Assembly (NCBI GenBank): GCA_900772625.1
Contig: CAAHEQ010000099.1
Coordinates: 1 to 37,119 of the forward strand
Reading direction: 5' to 3'
Source: Alphaproteobacteria bacterium
Lineage (GTDB): Bacteria > Pseudomonadota > Alphaproteobacteria > CAAHEQ01 > UBA3637
Length of the DNA stretch: 37,119 nt
Shown here: in pieces, positions 26,529 through 35,984 of the stretch
Position numbering within the stretch: the stretch's first letter is position 1
How the letters are laid out: the number at the start of each line of letters is the position of its first letter
The notes under the pieces: generated by a model
The model's input: the letters and a program-made list of their open reading frames with translations, nothing else
What the model was told of the DNA's origin: nothing
Databases searched by the model: none
Program-made: the position numbers and the translations under genes

Positions 26529-27049
26529 TAAAACATTGCTTTAGAAATCAAAATCGCCAAAACAACACCCGCTAAATCGGCTACGATTCCTGCGATGAGC
26601 GCATGACGAAATCGCGTAATGCCTACCGCGCCAAAATAAACCGACAAAACGTAAAATGTTGTTTCCGAGCTACCAACCATAACGGCGGCCGTTTTCGTAA
26701 TCGGTGCGTTTGCACCATAGGTTGTGGCAAGTTCGGCAAACATACCATTAGCGCCAGATCCAGACAAAGAACGCATTAACGCCAAAGGCAGCAACTCGGC
26801 TGGCATTCCAAAGGCTTCCAACAAAGGCTTTAAAAGCTGGGCAAGCAAGTCCATTGCACCGCTTGCACGAAACATTGCTACGCTTACCATCATTGCAATC
26901 AAGTACGGAATAATGCGCACGGCAACTTCAAAGCCCTGCTTTGCACCTTGTGGAAAAGTCTCGTAAATGGGGACTTTCTTGTAAGAGGCATAAATCAAAA
27001 TCAATGCAATCAAGCAGGGCAAGATCGCGTATGAAATGCTTTCAATCAT
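26525..27049 (-). CDS. nucleoside-recognition-domain membrane protein (SpmB-like)
   Basis: 174 aa polytopic membrane protein. It resembles spore maturation protein B homologues and overlaps the upstream SpmA-like gene by 4 nt. Confidence 0.7.
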   Translation of the reverse strand: MIESISYAILPCLIALILIYASYKKVPIYETFPQGAKQGFEVAVRIIPYLIAMMVSVAMFRASGAMDLLAQLLKPLLEAFGMPAELLPLALMRSLSGSGANGMFAELATTYGANAPITKTAAVMVGSSETTFYVLSVYFGAVGITRFRHALIAGIVADLAGVVLAILISKAMFY

Positions 27050-27693
27050 AAGTGCTCCTTTCGAGCGTCTGAGAGATTCTTTTGCCCTACTGACGGATCT
27101 CTTTTGGCGGGTTCTGGCGATAATTTAATCAACACTTTGACAAACGTCACGCCGATAATCAACGCACCCGCCGTTGTTAAAAAAGTCGGCAAGATGATGT
27201 CGCTGGCATTAACGGCACCCAAGCTCATCAAAATCGCCATAACGGAAATAGGCAGAATTTGCACGCCCGCCGTATTGATTGTCAAAAAAGTACACATCGC
27301 GTCCGATGCTGTGTTTTTTGGATTTTTGTTCAGCTGTTGCAAGCCCTCCATCGCCTTAATTCCAATCGGTGTAGCCGCATTGCCCAGCCCCAGCGCATTG
27401 GCAGTAATGTTCATTGCTATGTCGGCTTGCACAGAGCTGTCCTTGGGCACATCGGGAAAAATCAAGCGCAGCACGGGCGACAAAACTTTGGCTATCAGTT
27501 GCAAGAGCCCTGCTTTTTGCGCTATATGCATCAGCCCGAGCCACAGGCTCATAATGCCGACAAGTCCTAAACTGACCGTCACTGCAGTGCTGGAGGCGGT
27601 TAAAATCGCATCAGAAACTTCTTTCATCTTGCCATAAAAAAGCCCCACCACAACGGACGAAACAATTAAAAACAACCATATATAATTCATCAA
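27046..27693 (-). CDS. nucleoside-recognition-domain membrane protein (SpmA-like)
   Basis: 215 aa. MNYIWLFLIV... and NITANALGLGNAATPIGIKAM are typical of SpmA/gate-domain proteins. Confidence 0.7.
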   Translation of the reverse strand: MMNYIWLFLIVSSVVVGLFYGKMKEVSDAILTASSTAVTVSLGLVGIMSLWLGLMHIAQKAGLLQLIAKVLSPVLRLIFPDVPKDSSVQADIAMNITANALGLGNAATPIGIKAMEGLQQLNKNPKNTASDAMCTFLTINTAGVQILPISVMAILMSLGAVNASDIILPTFLTTAGALIIGVTFVKVLIKLSPEPAKRDPSVGQKNLSDARKEHL

Positions 27694-27751
27694 TCGCTTT
27701 TACCTTTCACAAGCTTTTTTTCTCCCAAAAAAGGAGATTCCGTCACCCAAC

Positions 27752-27782
27752 AAAAAAAGGCAGAGCCATACGCCCTGCCCTT
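27752..27782 (-). terminator. intrinsic terminator after the ABC exporter gene
   Basis: The minus strand reads AAGGGCAG-ggcgtatggct-CTGCCTTT followed by a T run. It starts 8 nt after the stop codon. Confidence 0.55.
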
Positions 27783-27789
27783 ATTTAAC

Positions 27790-29565
27790 CTACATTGCAT
27801 GCCGCTTGAATTGCGCCATATAAAGGCTTTTATACGCGCCATTTTCACGCGACAACAATTCATCGTGTGTGCCTTGTTCGACAATCTCACCTTCGTTAAT
27901 CACAACAATTTTGTCGGCATTTTGGACGGTCGATAAACGGTGCGCAATGACAAACACTGTGCGGTCGCGCATCAAGTTGTCAATGGCTTGTTGCACAATA
28001 GCTTCCGATTTGTTGTCGAGCGCAGAAGTGGCTTCGTCCAAAATCACAATTGGCGCATTTTTCAAAAAAGCTCTGGCAATTGCGACACGTTGCTTTTGTC
28101 CACCAGAAAGCAGAGAACCACGCTCGCCTATCGGGGTATCCAATCCTTTGTCCAAGTCCGCAACGAACTCGTCTACGCACGCCATTTTAACAGCGCGTTC
28201 AATTTCTTGCTCGGTTGCATTTTCTCTGCCCAGCAAGATGTTGTCGCGGATAGTCCCCGAAAATAAAAAGTTATCTTGGAAAACAACGGCAATTTGATCG
28301 CGCAAGGAATGCAAAGTCAAATCTCTGATATCCGTGCCATCGATTTTGACAGCGCCATTTTTGACATCGTAAAAACGCGGAATCAAGTTCACAATCGTGC
28401 TTTTACCACCGCCCGAGTTGCCCACAAATGCAACCGTTTGGCCTTTTTTCACATCAAGGTTAATGCCGCGCAAAATGGGCACATTTGGCTTATACTCAAA
28501 GTCTACATTTTCAAAACTTAAGCCTTTACGAATCCCTTTTAATTCTTTTGCGTCTTTCTTGGATGTTATTGGAATCTTGTACTCCAACATTTCCATTACA
28601 CGCTCGACCGCAAGGAAGGACAGTTGAACTTGGTTAAAGTTCTTGCCAATACTCTTGATTGGTGTGTAAAGTGCAAGCAAGGACGCCATAAAAGCCACAA
28701 AATCGCCTGCCGTCATCGTGCCCGAAACAATCAAGAAGCTGCCAAAGCCGATCGCGCCTGCAAGACCTATCGCGATGATGATGTGCATCAAAGGCGACAG
28801 CCACGCCGTCCGCTGGACTGTTTTGATTGTCAGCTTAAAGGATTTGTTTAAAATGTCGTAAAATTGCTCGCGTTTTAAGTCCTGCAAGTTGTACGACATA
28901 ATAGTTTTAGCGCCCGCGTGCGTTTCGTTAAAAACAGTATAGCTGGCAGCACTGACTTCAACCGTTTTATTAACAACATCTTTAATGCGCTTTCTGATAC
29001 CCGCTAAAGGCCACAAAGCTAAGCCCAAAATAAAAATCGCCAAAATAGCCAATTGCCACGAAGTATACAGCAACACGCCGACCAACGCAATGGATGAGAA
29101 AATGCGGGTGGTAAAAGTCTTGACATTCGCCAAAAGCCCCGAACATGCAATGATTGGATCGGCATTAAAGCGCTGGGCCAGCTCGCCTGAGGAGTGCGTA
29201 TCGTAAAAGCTTAAATCCATATTCATCAATTTGCGGTAAAGTTTGCGTTGCATTTCCTGTGTAATCTTGCCGCCCGTCCACGCACTTAAATATGCAGCGC
29301 CATATTCCAACAGGCCTTGCAACACTGTAAAGCCAATAATCGCCACAGGAATAACCCACAAAGGAAGTCCCCACGGCGTATCAGCTCCTTTTGACAGAAC
29401 AACCGTATCCGTAAAAGGCTTTAAAGCCAGCGTCATCACGGCATCAAGCGAGCCAATTGGAATCGTAATTAAAATGCTCAACAAACATTTAAACCAGTGC
29501 GGTTTGACAAAAGGCCAAAGATAAGAATAATTGACGACAAATTGGTTTTTCGTTTTCAGTTTCAC
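27790..29565 (-). CDS. ABC exporter, fused permease and ATPase (MsbA/lipid exporter-like)
   Basis: 591 aa. Six-helix transmembrane domain, Walker A GNSGGGKST, signature LSGGQKQR and Walker B ILDEATSALD. Confidence 0.9.
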   Translation of the reverse strand: MKLKTKNQFVVNYSYLWPFVKPHWFKCLLSILITIPIGSLDAVMTLALKPFTDTVVLSKGADTPWGLPLWVIPVAIIGFTVLQGLLEYGAAYLSAWTGGKITQEMQRKLYRKLMNMDLSFYDTHSSGELAQRFNADPIIACSGLLANVKTFTTRIFSSIALVGVLLYTSWQLAILAIFILGLALWPLAGIRKRIKDVVNKTVEVSAASYTVFNETHAGAKTIMSYNLQDLKREQFYDILNKSFKLTIKTVQRTAWLSPLMHIIIAIGLAGAIGFGSFLIVSGTMTAGDFVAFMASLLALYTPIKSIGKNFNQVQLSFLAVERVMEMLEYKIPITSKKDAKELKGIRKGLSFENVDFEYKPNVPILRGINLDVKKGQTVAFVGNSGGGKSTIVNLIPRFYDVKNGAVKIDGTDIRDLTLHSLRDQIAVVFQDNFLFSGTIRDNILLGRENATEQEIERAVKMACVDEFVADLDKGLDTPIGERGSLLSGGQKQRVAIARAFLKNAPIVILDEATSALDNKSEAIVQQAIDNLMRDRTVFVIAHRLSTVQNADKIVVINEGEIVEQGTHDELLSRENGAYKSLYMAQFKRHAM

Positions 29566-29581
29566 TTAAAAAAGCTCCTAC

Positions 29582-31243
29582 CTATATCATTTCAATATTT
29601 GACAAACGCGTCATCAAACGCTCCGCTCCCATGACTTGCATAATTGCATACAAGTCTGCCGATTGCGTTTTCCCGCACGTAAAGACGCGCAGCACACCCG
29701 CAGCATCAGCAACCGAACCTTTAAATGCGCTTGGGTTTTCGCGGTATGCTTTCATATCGCAAGTAAAGCCATTCTCGGTTGCAACTTGCTTGATTTTATC
29801 AAACCACGTATTTTTGTCATCCGCAGGATTGTAAAGTTTCATAAATCCTTTAAGAATGTTATTTATGTCATTGACGGATAAAGGTTTTAAGATTGCATAC
29901 GCTTCTCCAGTCGTTAGTGTGAATTGGTTATCAAAGAAGAAAGAAGTTTCTTTTTTAACATCACTCCACACGGCGATATCTTTACGAGGCTTTTTTGTAT
30001 TCGAGCGCTCAATGTCCAAAATCCGTTTCATATAATCGGCATTTTCTTTCATAACAGTTGCAAATGGCACGTCATATTTTTCGCACCATTCGAGCGTTTG
30101 ATTATATACTTCTTCAGCGCTCATATGGCTGATCAGCTCGCGAGAAATGCTGTCCAACTTTACAAAGTCAAACAATGCGCCAGATGCGCCCATTTTTTTA
30201 ATTGAGAATGGGAACTCTTTATAGGACTTCAGTGGATTTTGACGGCGCCAATCTTCAAAGTTCGAGTTAGCCAAGTTTAATAAATACTCGACAATTGCTT
30301 GCTTTGGATAACCTTTTTCATCAAAGTACGTGACATTGGCTTCGGGGTCAAGACGTTTAGAAAGCTTGCGGCGATTGCCGTTTTCATCCAACTTTTGAAT
30401 GTGCGAGATATGCGCATACTTTGGAGCACGCCAACCAGCTGTTTGGAAAAGTTGAATATGCAAAGGCAATGAAGAAAGCCACTCTTCACCGCGCAAAACA
30501 ACCGTTGTGCCCATCAAATGGTCATCAATTAAATGCGCAAAGTGATACGTTGGCAGGCCGTCACCTTTCATAACAGGAATATCCAAATCATTTTCTGGAA
30601 ATTCACGCTTGCCGCGAATTAAATCTTCAACAACAATCTTTTTTGTATAATGGCCAGGGGATTTAAAACGCACTACAAAGCGCTTGCCTTCTTGCAGGTT
30701 TTTCAAAATCTCGTCCTCAGTCAGTTTGCGGCATTTTGCAAATGGGCCATAATAACCTGGGCGGATATTGGCTTTGCTTTGCATTTCGTGTGTTTTTTCA
30801 TTCTCCTCTTCGGTGCAAAAGCACAAGTAAGCTTTATCTTCTTCCAACCATTTTTTAATGTATGCTTGGTAAATCGACTTGCGCGCACTTTGGAAATAAG
30901 GACCATAAGCCCCCTTCTCTGGCGCATTCAAAAAAGGCCCTTCATCATATTCAATGCCATATTGTTGAAATGCGGGCAACAAAACGTCAACAGCGTCATT
31001 CACTTTACGCTTTTGGTCAGTATCTTCAACACGCAAAAAGAAAACGCCACCGCTTTGGTGAGCAACTCGCTCAGGAATCAAAGCCGCAGACAACGTCCCT
31101 AAATGCAAATATCCCGTTGGACTTGGCGCAGTACGCGTGACAACAGCCCCATTTGGCAATTGACGCGCTGGATACTTTGCTTCAATTTCTTCCACGCTAG
31201 GCAATGGATCAGGGAAAACCAAATCAATAATTTCTTTTTTCAT
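29582..31243 (-). CDS. gltX: glutamate--tRNA ligase (long form)
   Basis: 553 aa. Class I HIGH region APSPTGYLHLGT, FLRVEDTDQKR, KMSKS-like KLSKR, and a GltX-type C-terminal anticodon-binding region. Confidence 0.88.
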   Translation of the reverse strand: MKKEIIDLVFPDPLPSVEEIEAKYPARQLPNGAVVTRTAPSPTGYLHLGTLSAALIPERVAHQSGGVFFLRVEDTDQKRKVNDAVDVLLPAFQQYGIEYDEGPFLNAPEKGAYGPYFQSARKSIYQAYIKKWLEEDKAYLCFCTEEENEKTHEMQSKANIRPGYYGPFAKCRKLTEDEILKNLQEGKRFVVRFKSPGHYTKKIVVEDLIRGKREFPENDLDIPVMKGDGLPTYHFAHLIDDHLMGTTVVLRGEEWLSSLPLHIQLFQTAGWRAPKYAHISHIQKLDENGNRRKLSKRLDPEANVTYFDEKGYPKQAIVEYLLNLANSNFEDWRRQNPLKSYKEFPFSIKKMGASGALFDFVKLDSISRELISHMSAEEVYNQTLEWCEKYDVPFATVMKENADYMKRILDIERSNTKKPRKDIAVWSDVKKETSFFFDNQFTLTTGEAYAILKPLSVNDINNILKGFMKLYNPADDKNTWFDKIKQVATENGFTCDMKAYRENPSAFKGSVADAAGVLRVFTCGKTQSADLYAIMQVMGAERLMTRLSNIEMI

Positions 31244-31513
31244 TTTACTTCTCGCATATTAAAAAATTGACATAATGATGTCATCATAAAAGAATTTTAT
31301 ATAAAATGCAAGTCCTGTTTATATTTTTTTATGTATTTGTTTTGCGGAGCTTTTTACGCTTTGTTTGGAATCTCAAACACAGCCCAGTTCCTTTTTAAGT
31401 ACGGACAAATACGTATCATCTTATCCTTTCTCAATAATGATACTTTGTGCTTAACGTATCACATTTGGATAAAAATTTAACATAAATCGTTCGTTAATTT
31501 AAATGACTTCGGG

Positions 31514-33673
31514 TTAAGTCGCCATCGCCTCTTTCACTTGTTGGGTCAACGTCACAAAGTCGCGCTTACCAGAGCCCAAAAGGGGCAAGTTTTCGCGGTA
31601 CAAAATTGTGCGTGGAATATAGAGCTCGGAATAGCCTTGCTGCTGAATAAAGGACGCCAACTTGGACATCGATATATCTTTTTTCGTTGCCACCAAAATC
31701 AGCTGCTCGCCCTTTGTTTCGTGCGGAATAGCGACAACCGAACAATCAAACTCTTCGCCATCATAACACTTTTTCACCAAAGTTTCGATAATCGGCAACG
31801 ATACCATTTCACCCGCTACTTTAGCAAAGCGTTTTAAGCGGCCTTTCAAATACGCAAAGCCCATATCATCAAATGAAACGATATCACCCGTATCGTACCA
31901 ACCACCCGCAGGGGGAATAACGACTGTCGGATTTTGCGCCGTCATTGCGCCCAGCATTATATTAGGCCCTTTGACACACAAGCTGCCGCCGTCTTGAATG
32001 CCCTCAACGGGTTTGAGCTTGTACTCAATGGCGGGCAACATCTTGCCAATCGAGTTAAAATTACAAAAGATGCGGTTGTTAACCGTTAAAAATGGCGAAC
32101 ATTCGGTTGTGCCATAGCCTTCGAACAAACGTATGCCAAAGCGTTCCATCCATAAAAGACGCGTTGCTTGTTGAACAGGCTCTGCCGCCCCCAACACAAA
32201 GCGCAACGTGTGAAAATCAAACGGGTGTGCGACTTTGGCGTACGAGTGCAAAAAGCTGTCTGTGCCAAACAAAATGGTTGCGCCGATGTTGTAAATGACT
32301 TCGGGGATAGCGCGATAGTGAAGCGGGCTTGGGTAAATAAACAACCGTCCCCCCGACAGCAGTGGGAAAAATGTGCCGATAATCAAGCCAAAGCAATGGA
32401 AAAGTGGCAAACAGTTAAAGACTATGTCTGTGCGATTGATGTCAACGGCCGAGCTGAACTGACGAATATTCGCAACCAAGTTTTGATGAGATAAAACAAT
32501 GCCTTTGGGTTGGCCTGTTGAGCCAGAAGTAAACAAAATTACTGCGCGTTTGCTGCCACTGAATGCATAAGGCACAAGCTTGCGCTTATAAGCGGCGGCC
32601 GCTTTGAAACGGTTTTTAACGCCAAATTGACTTTCAACATCTTCGGTATACAAAACCAAAACGCCCTGCACTTGTATCGCGCCAATTAACATCTCCAAAT
32701 GGTGCTCTTTGATAAAAGCTTTGCTGGTCAGAACAACCTGAATGCCTGCGGTCGAAATGGCCGATACGACATTTGCCAGACCCGATGTATAGTTCAGCAT
32801 AGCCGCTACACGCTCATATGCCATTAAACCTAACGTCACGCATACAGTTCGCACTTCATTTGGCAACAACACGCCGAGCGGTTTTTGGTGCGGGATGATT
32901 TTATTTAAGACAAATGCATATTGGTAGGCTTTGACAAGCAAGTCTCGGTACGAGTAAGTTTGACGCTGGACGTCTTCCACAACCTGCGGGCGCTCGAACA
33001 AACCATTATGCGCATTGCTTTTTGCGGCACGCATAAACTCGGCAAAGAACGAGGCTGTCGGACGGAATGTCGCTTTAAACGCCACATTTTGCATCATCTG
33101 ATAAATCTCGTTACTGATGTAATGGCGGCTTTGTTTGCCCAAAGGCGATATTTTAAACGGCACAGGCTTTTGTATCGTCACGGTTGTGCGTGGACAAAAA
33201 CGGCAGTACTTTTTATCTTGCAATTTCGAACAATAACCATATTGCGCTCCGTCTATCCACACAGGGACAAATGGCACTTTGGCGCGGTCTGCTATGACGC
33301 CAGGGGCTTCGTAAATCTTCATCAAGTTGCCCGTTTCAGTAATTTTGCCTTCGGCGAAAATCGCGCAAGATTGGCCTTTTTCAAGCCACGTCACCATTTT
33401 TTTGATGTCATTTGTATCAAGTGGATTAAATTGTTCGATGTCTGCATAACGCATCAAGTACTTGATTTTCTTTTCACGCATCGAAAAGCGATCCAGCGCA
33501 AAGCAAACGCGTTCTGGTAAAAAAGCATACAAGAACAAAATATCCAATGTTGACACGTGGTTTGAGATGTATAAAACTGTTTTTGGATAACGGCGCGGGT
33601 TTTTAAGCCATACAGCACGAACTTTGAAAGTCTTAAAGAAACAGCGCAATAAAAAGCGTATCAAGTTTTCCAT
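31514..33673 (-). CDS. aas: bifunctional 2-acylglycerophosphoethanolamine acyltransferase / acyl-ACP synthetase
   Basis: 719 aa. N-terminal PlsC-type acyltransferase box NHVSTLD, followed by an adenylate-forming domain (FTSGSTGQPKG, GYGTTE). Confidence 0.9.
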   Translation of the reverse strand: MENLIRFLLRCFFKTFKVRAVWLKNPRRYPKTVLYISNHVSTLDILFLYAFLPERVCFALDRFSMREKKIKYLMRYADIEQFNPLDTNDIKKMVTWLEKGQSCAIFAEGKITETGNLMKIYEAPGVIADRAKVPFVPVWIDGAQYGYCSKLQDKKYCRFCPRTTVTIQKPVPFKISPLGKQSRHYISNEIYQMMQNVAFKATFRPTASFFAEFMRAAKSNAHNGLFERPQVVEDVQRQTYSYRDLLVKAYQYAFVLNKIIPHQKPLGVLLPNEVRTVCVTLGLMAYERVAAMLNYTSGLANVVSAISTAGIQVVLTSKAFIKEHHLEMLIGAIQVQGVLVLYTEDVESQFGVKNRFKAAAAYKRKLVPYAFSGSKRAVILFTSGSTGQPKGIVLSHQNLVANIRQFSSAVDINRTDIVFNCLPLFHCFGLIIGTFFPLLSGGRLFIYPSPLHYRAIPEVIYNIGATILFGTDSFLHSYAKVAHPFDFHTLRFVLGAAEPVQQATRLLWMERFGIRLFEGYGTTECSPFLTVNNRIFCNFNSIGKMLPAIEYKLKPVEGIQDGGSLCVKGPNIMLGAMTAQNPTVVIPPAGGWYDTGDIVSFDDMGFAYLKGRLKRFAKVAGEMVSLPIIETLVKKCYDGEEFDCSVVAIPHETKGEQLILVATKKDISMSKLASFIQQQGYSELYIPRTILYRENLPLLGSGKRDFVTLTQQVKEAMAT

Positions 33674-33682
33674 TAGTGTTAT

Positions 33683-34585
33683 TTAGCTATTTTTAAAGTT
33701 TAACTCAAAGCCTTCATCTTGCAAAATCGACAAGAAGTCCGCCAAGAAAAGCTTTTCTTTTTCGTCCGTTTTACCGTCCGCCACAATCAGTTCCATCAGC
33801 TTTTCTAAAAACATTTTGACAACCCAACCTTCTTTGCCCAAAATGCGCTCCAGCGCATAGTAAAAGCTTTGTGTATCGGGATAGTTCATCTTTAAATACT
33901 GCATCAGCGCTTCATCGGTAAAGCTCAAATCTGGGCAACGTTTGTGGACGTACTCAACGACTTTTTGCAATTCGCGCTCATCGCGCTGGCCGTCTATGCC
34001 AGAGATATACAAAAGCGCCGTGATTTCATACCGCGCGCGTTCAATAGCTGTTTTCATCTCGCTACCAGAGCCAGTCAAAGTGCTGAAGCGTGACATATCT
34101 TTATTGTTTTGGGGCATAGCGGGCTTTTGCTGCGACAAAGGAAGTTCATTCAAATCGATGCCGAGCACTTGCTCGAAAAATTGCGATACGTTCACATAAA
34201 CGTTTTCAGAAGCAACATCTGTAATCTGTTTGATGTTTTCTAACTTAATCAAGCGTGGAGCATTGATGTCCAAACACAAAGCGTCTATAAATATATGAGA
34301 ACCATTTTTAAACACACGGCGAATTACAACGGGTCTGTCTTTAGGCTCGCCCGAAAGTGATAGATAATTCATCTTGACTTTCACTGAAATGCCACCTGCC
34401 AGCAAGTTTTTCGGGTTAGCTTGCTTTTGCACGTGGCTGAATGCCTCTTGCTTTTCCTTTGTTTCGGCAGGCGGTGTGTTTGCCGCATTCCACTCGTTGC
34501 GAAAAGCCACAACATCTTGGCCGGCGAATCTGGCAACGGCGTCCATCAAGGCTGTATCTGAAGTCATTATGCGTTCTCCCGTCAT
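33683..34585 (-). CDS. soluble hypothetical protein with TerB-like C-terminal repeats; fourth gene of the MoxR operon
   Basis: 300 aa with no transmembrane segment. ATGA overlap with the DUF4381 gene. The C-terminal half has two TerB-like signatures (ISGIDGQRDERELQKV and IVADGKTDEKEKLFLADF). The middle segment RPVVIRRVFKNGSHIFIDALCLDINAPRLIKLENIKQI weakly resembles a WYL/SH3-like barrel pattern. Confidence 0.6.
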   Translation of the reverse strand: MTGERIMTSDTALMDAVARFAGQDVVAFRNEWNAANTPPAETKEKQEAFSHVQKQANPKNLLAGGISVKVKMNYLSLSGEPKDRPVVIRRVFKNGSHIFIDALCLDINAPRLIKLENIKQITDVASENVYVNVSQFFEQVLGIDLNELPLSQQKPAMPQNNKDMSRFSTLTGSGSEMKTAIERARYEITALLYISGIDGQRDERELQKVVEYVHKRCPDLSFTDEALMQYLKMNYPDTQSFYYALERILGKEGWVVKMFLEKLMELIVADGKTDEKEKLFLADFLSILQDEGFELNFKNS

Positions 34586-35052
34586 TTTAATCGCTTTAAT
34601 ATCTTTTTAAACCACTTCTTATAATCGTTGATGATTCGCGTTTTTTGCGAATCTGGCACGATGTTTTCTTTAGCATACATACTTTTTTGCAAAAGGTCTA
34701 CATATTCTTTTGAAAAAATGTTTGAGCCTGTGCTGTTGAGCAAATCTATCCACTCTTTTTCATACAAAGGTGCGACCTTTGAGCGGCCGTAAAGTGCGAT
34801 TGCTACTTGCTTAGCGAGCGTATTGAGCCCCAACAGTACAGACCTTGCGTCGGACAGATTTGCAATCTCGTCAAAGCGGCGTTTGACATAGCGTTTGGTT
34901 GAAAAACGCCAACGATAGAACAAGTACAACGCCCCCATCATAACCACGACCAGCAACAAAATCACCAACCACCACCCAATCGCAAGTGGAAATATGGCTG
35001 GGCTTGGCGGTACGTGTAAACCTTTCAGATGTGACAAGTCGATATTATTCAT
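34582..35052 (-). CDS. DUF4381 family single-pass membrane protein
   Basis: 156 aa. PPSPAIFPLAIGWWLVILLLVVV followed by basic residues, as in DUF4381 proteins of MoxR/Bat operons. It has 4-nt overlaps on both sides. Confidence 0.7.
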   Translation of the reverse strand: MNNIDLSHLKGLHVPPSPAIFPLAIGWWLVILLLVVVMMGALYLFYRWRFSTKRYVKRRFDEIANLSDARSVLLGLNTLAKQVAIALYGRSKVAPLYEKEWIDLLNSTGSNIFSKEYVDLLQKSMYAKENIVPDSQKTRIINDYKKWFKKILKRLK

Positions 35053-35984
35053 CTGTTATGCTTTCGTTTCTTGCTGACTACTTTAGCCACTGCGTCATAA
35101 TAATTCATATCTGAGCTGACTGGTATATACTTAATTTGATATTTAAGTGCAAAGTCCCTCAGCATCAACAAACGTTTAAAAAAATGATGCACATAAGTAT
35201 CGTGAATGTCTTTTTGGCGCGTGTCTAATGTGACGTGTTTTTTGCCGTCCGAAACAAGATAAACATTGGGGCTGGGGCAACGACCTTCCAATACATCATA
35301 AATGTTAATTAAGTTGACTTCGTTTGTTTTGGCAAGCGAGGCAAGTGCTTTTTTAACATCTTCATCAAAGTCGGAAAAATCGCTTAAAACAAAAATCACA
35401 TTACCGTTTCGGCAAACGCGGCGCAATTTTAAGCAAGCATTTGCTAATGAGATGTTTTCTTGTAGGTTCTCATAGTAATGTTTTTGACGCGTATTTTCAC
35501 TAATGACATTGAAAAAAGACATTATCCGCCGTCGTATGCGGGATGGACGAAAGACTAACATATCATCATCGGCCAAAACGATGCCGCCTACTTTATCTTT
35601 TTGCTCGTTAAAGTACCAAGCTAACATGCCCACAAGATGGGCAGCGATAACGGATTTAAAGGCTTGCTTTGTACCGAATTTCATTTGTGCACGCAAATCA
35701 ATCAAAAACCAAACATATCGGTCTTTTTCTTCGCTGAATACCTTAGTATAAACTTTGCCAGTTCTTGCAGCCAAACGCCAATCAACTGTTCTGACTTCAT
35801 CTCCTGGCTGATATTGACGCACATCAGAAAACTCCATACCACGCCCTTTGACAAAAGAGGTATTCGTGCCTGCTCGTTTAGATGTTTTTTTGTTGTCAAC
35901 AGACTTTAACCGATAAGTTTGATACTTATCTTTTATCAAGCTTTCAAGAGAGGCAAAAACAGATTCATTTAAATTTTCAATCAT
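35049..35984 (-). CDS. DUF58 family protein (VWA-like fold, MoxR partner)
   Basis: 311 aa. The hallmark is FSDVRQYQPGDEVRTVDWRLAARTGKVYTKVFSEEKD. Confidence 0.85.
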   Translation of the reverse strand: MIENLNESVFASLESLIKDKYQTYRLKSVDNKKTSKRAGTNTSFVKGRGMEFSDVRQYQPGDEVRTVDWRLAARTGKVYTKVFSEEKDRYVWFLIDLRAQMKFGTKQAFKSVIAAHLVGMLAWYFNEQKDKVGGIVLADDDMLVFRPSRIRRRIMSFFNVISENTRQKHYYENLQENISLANACLKLRRVCRNGNVIFVLSDFSDFDEDVKKALASLAKTNEVNLINIYDVLEGRCPSPNVYLVSDGKKHVTLDTRQKDIHDTYVHHFFKRLLMLRDFALKYQIKYIPVSSDMNYYDAVAKVVSKKRKHNR

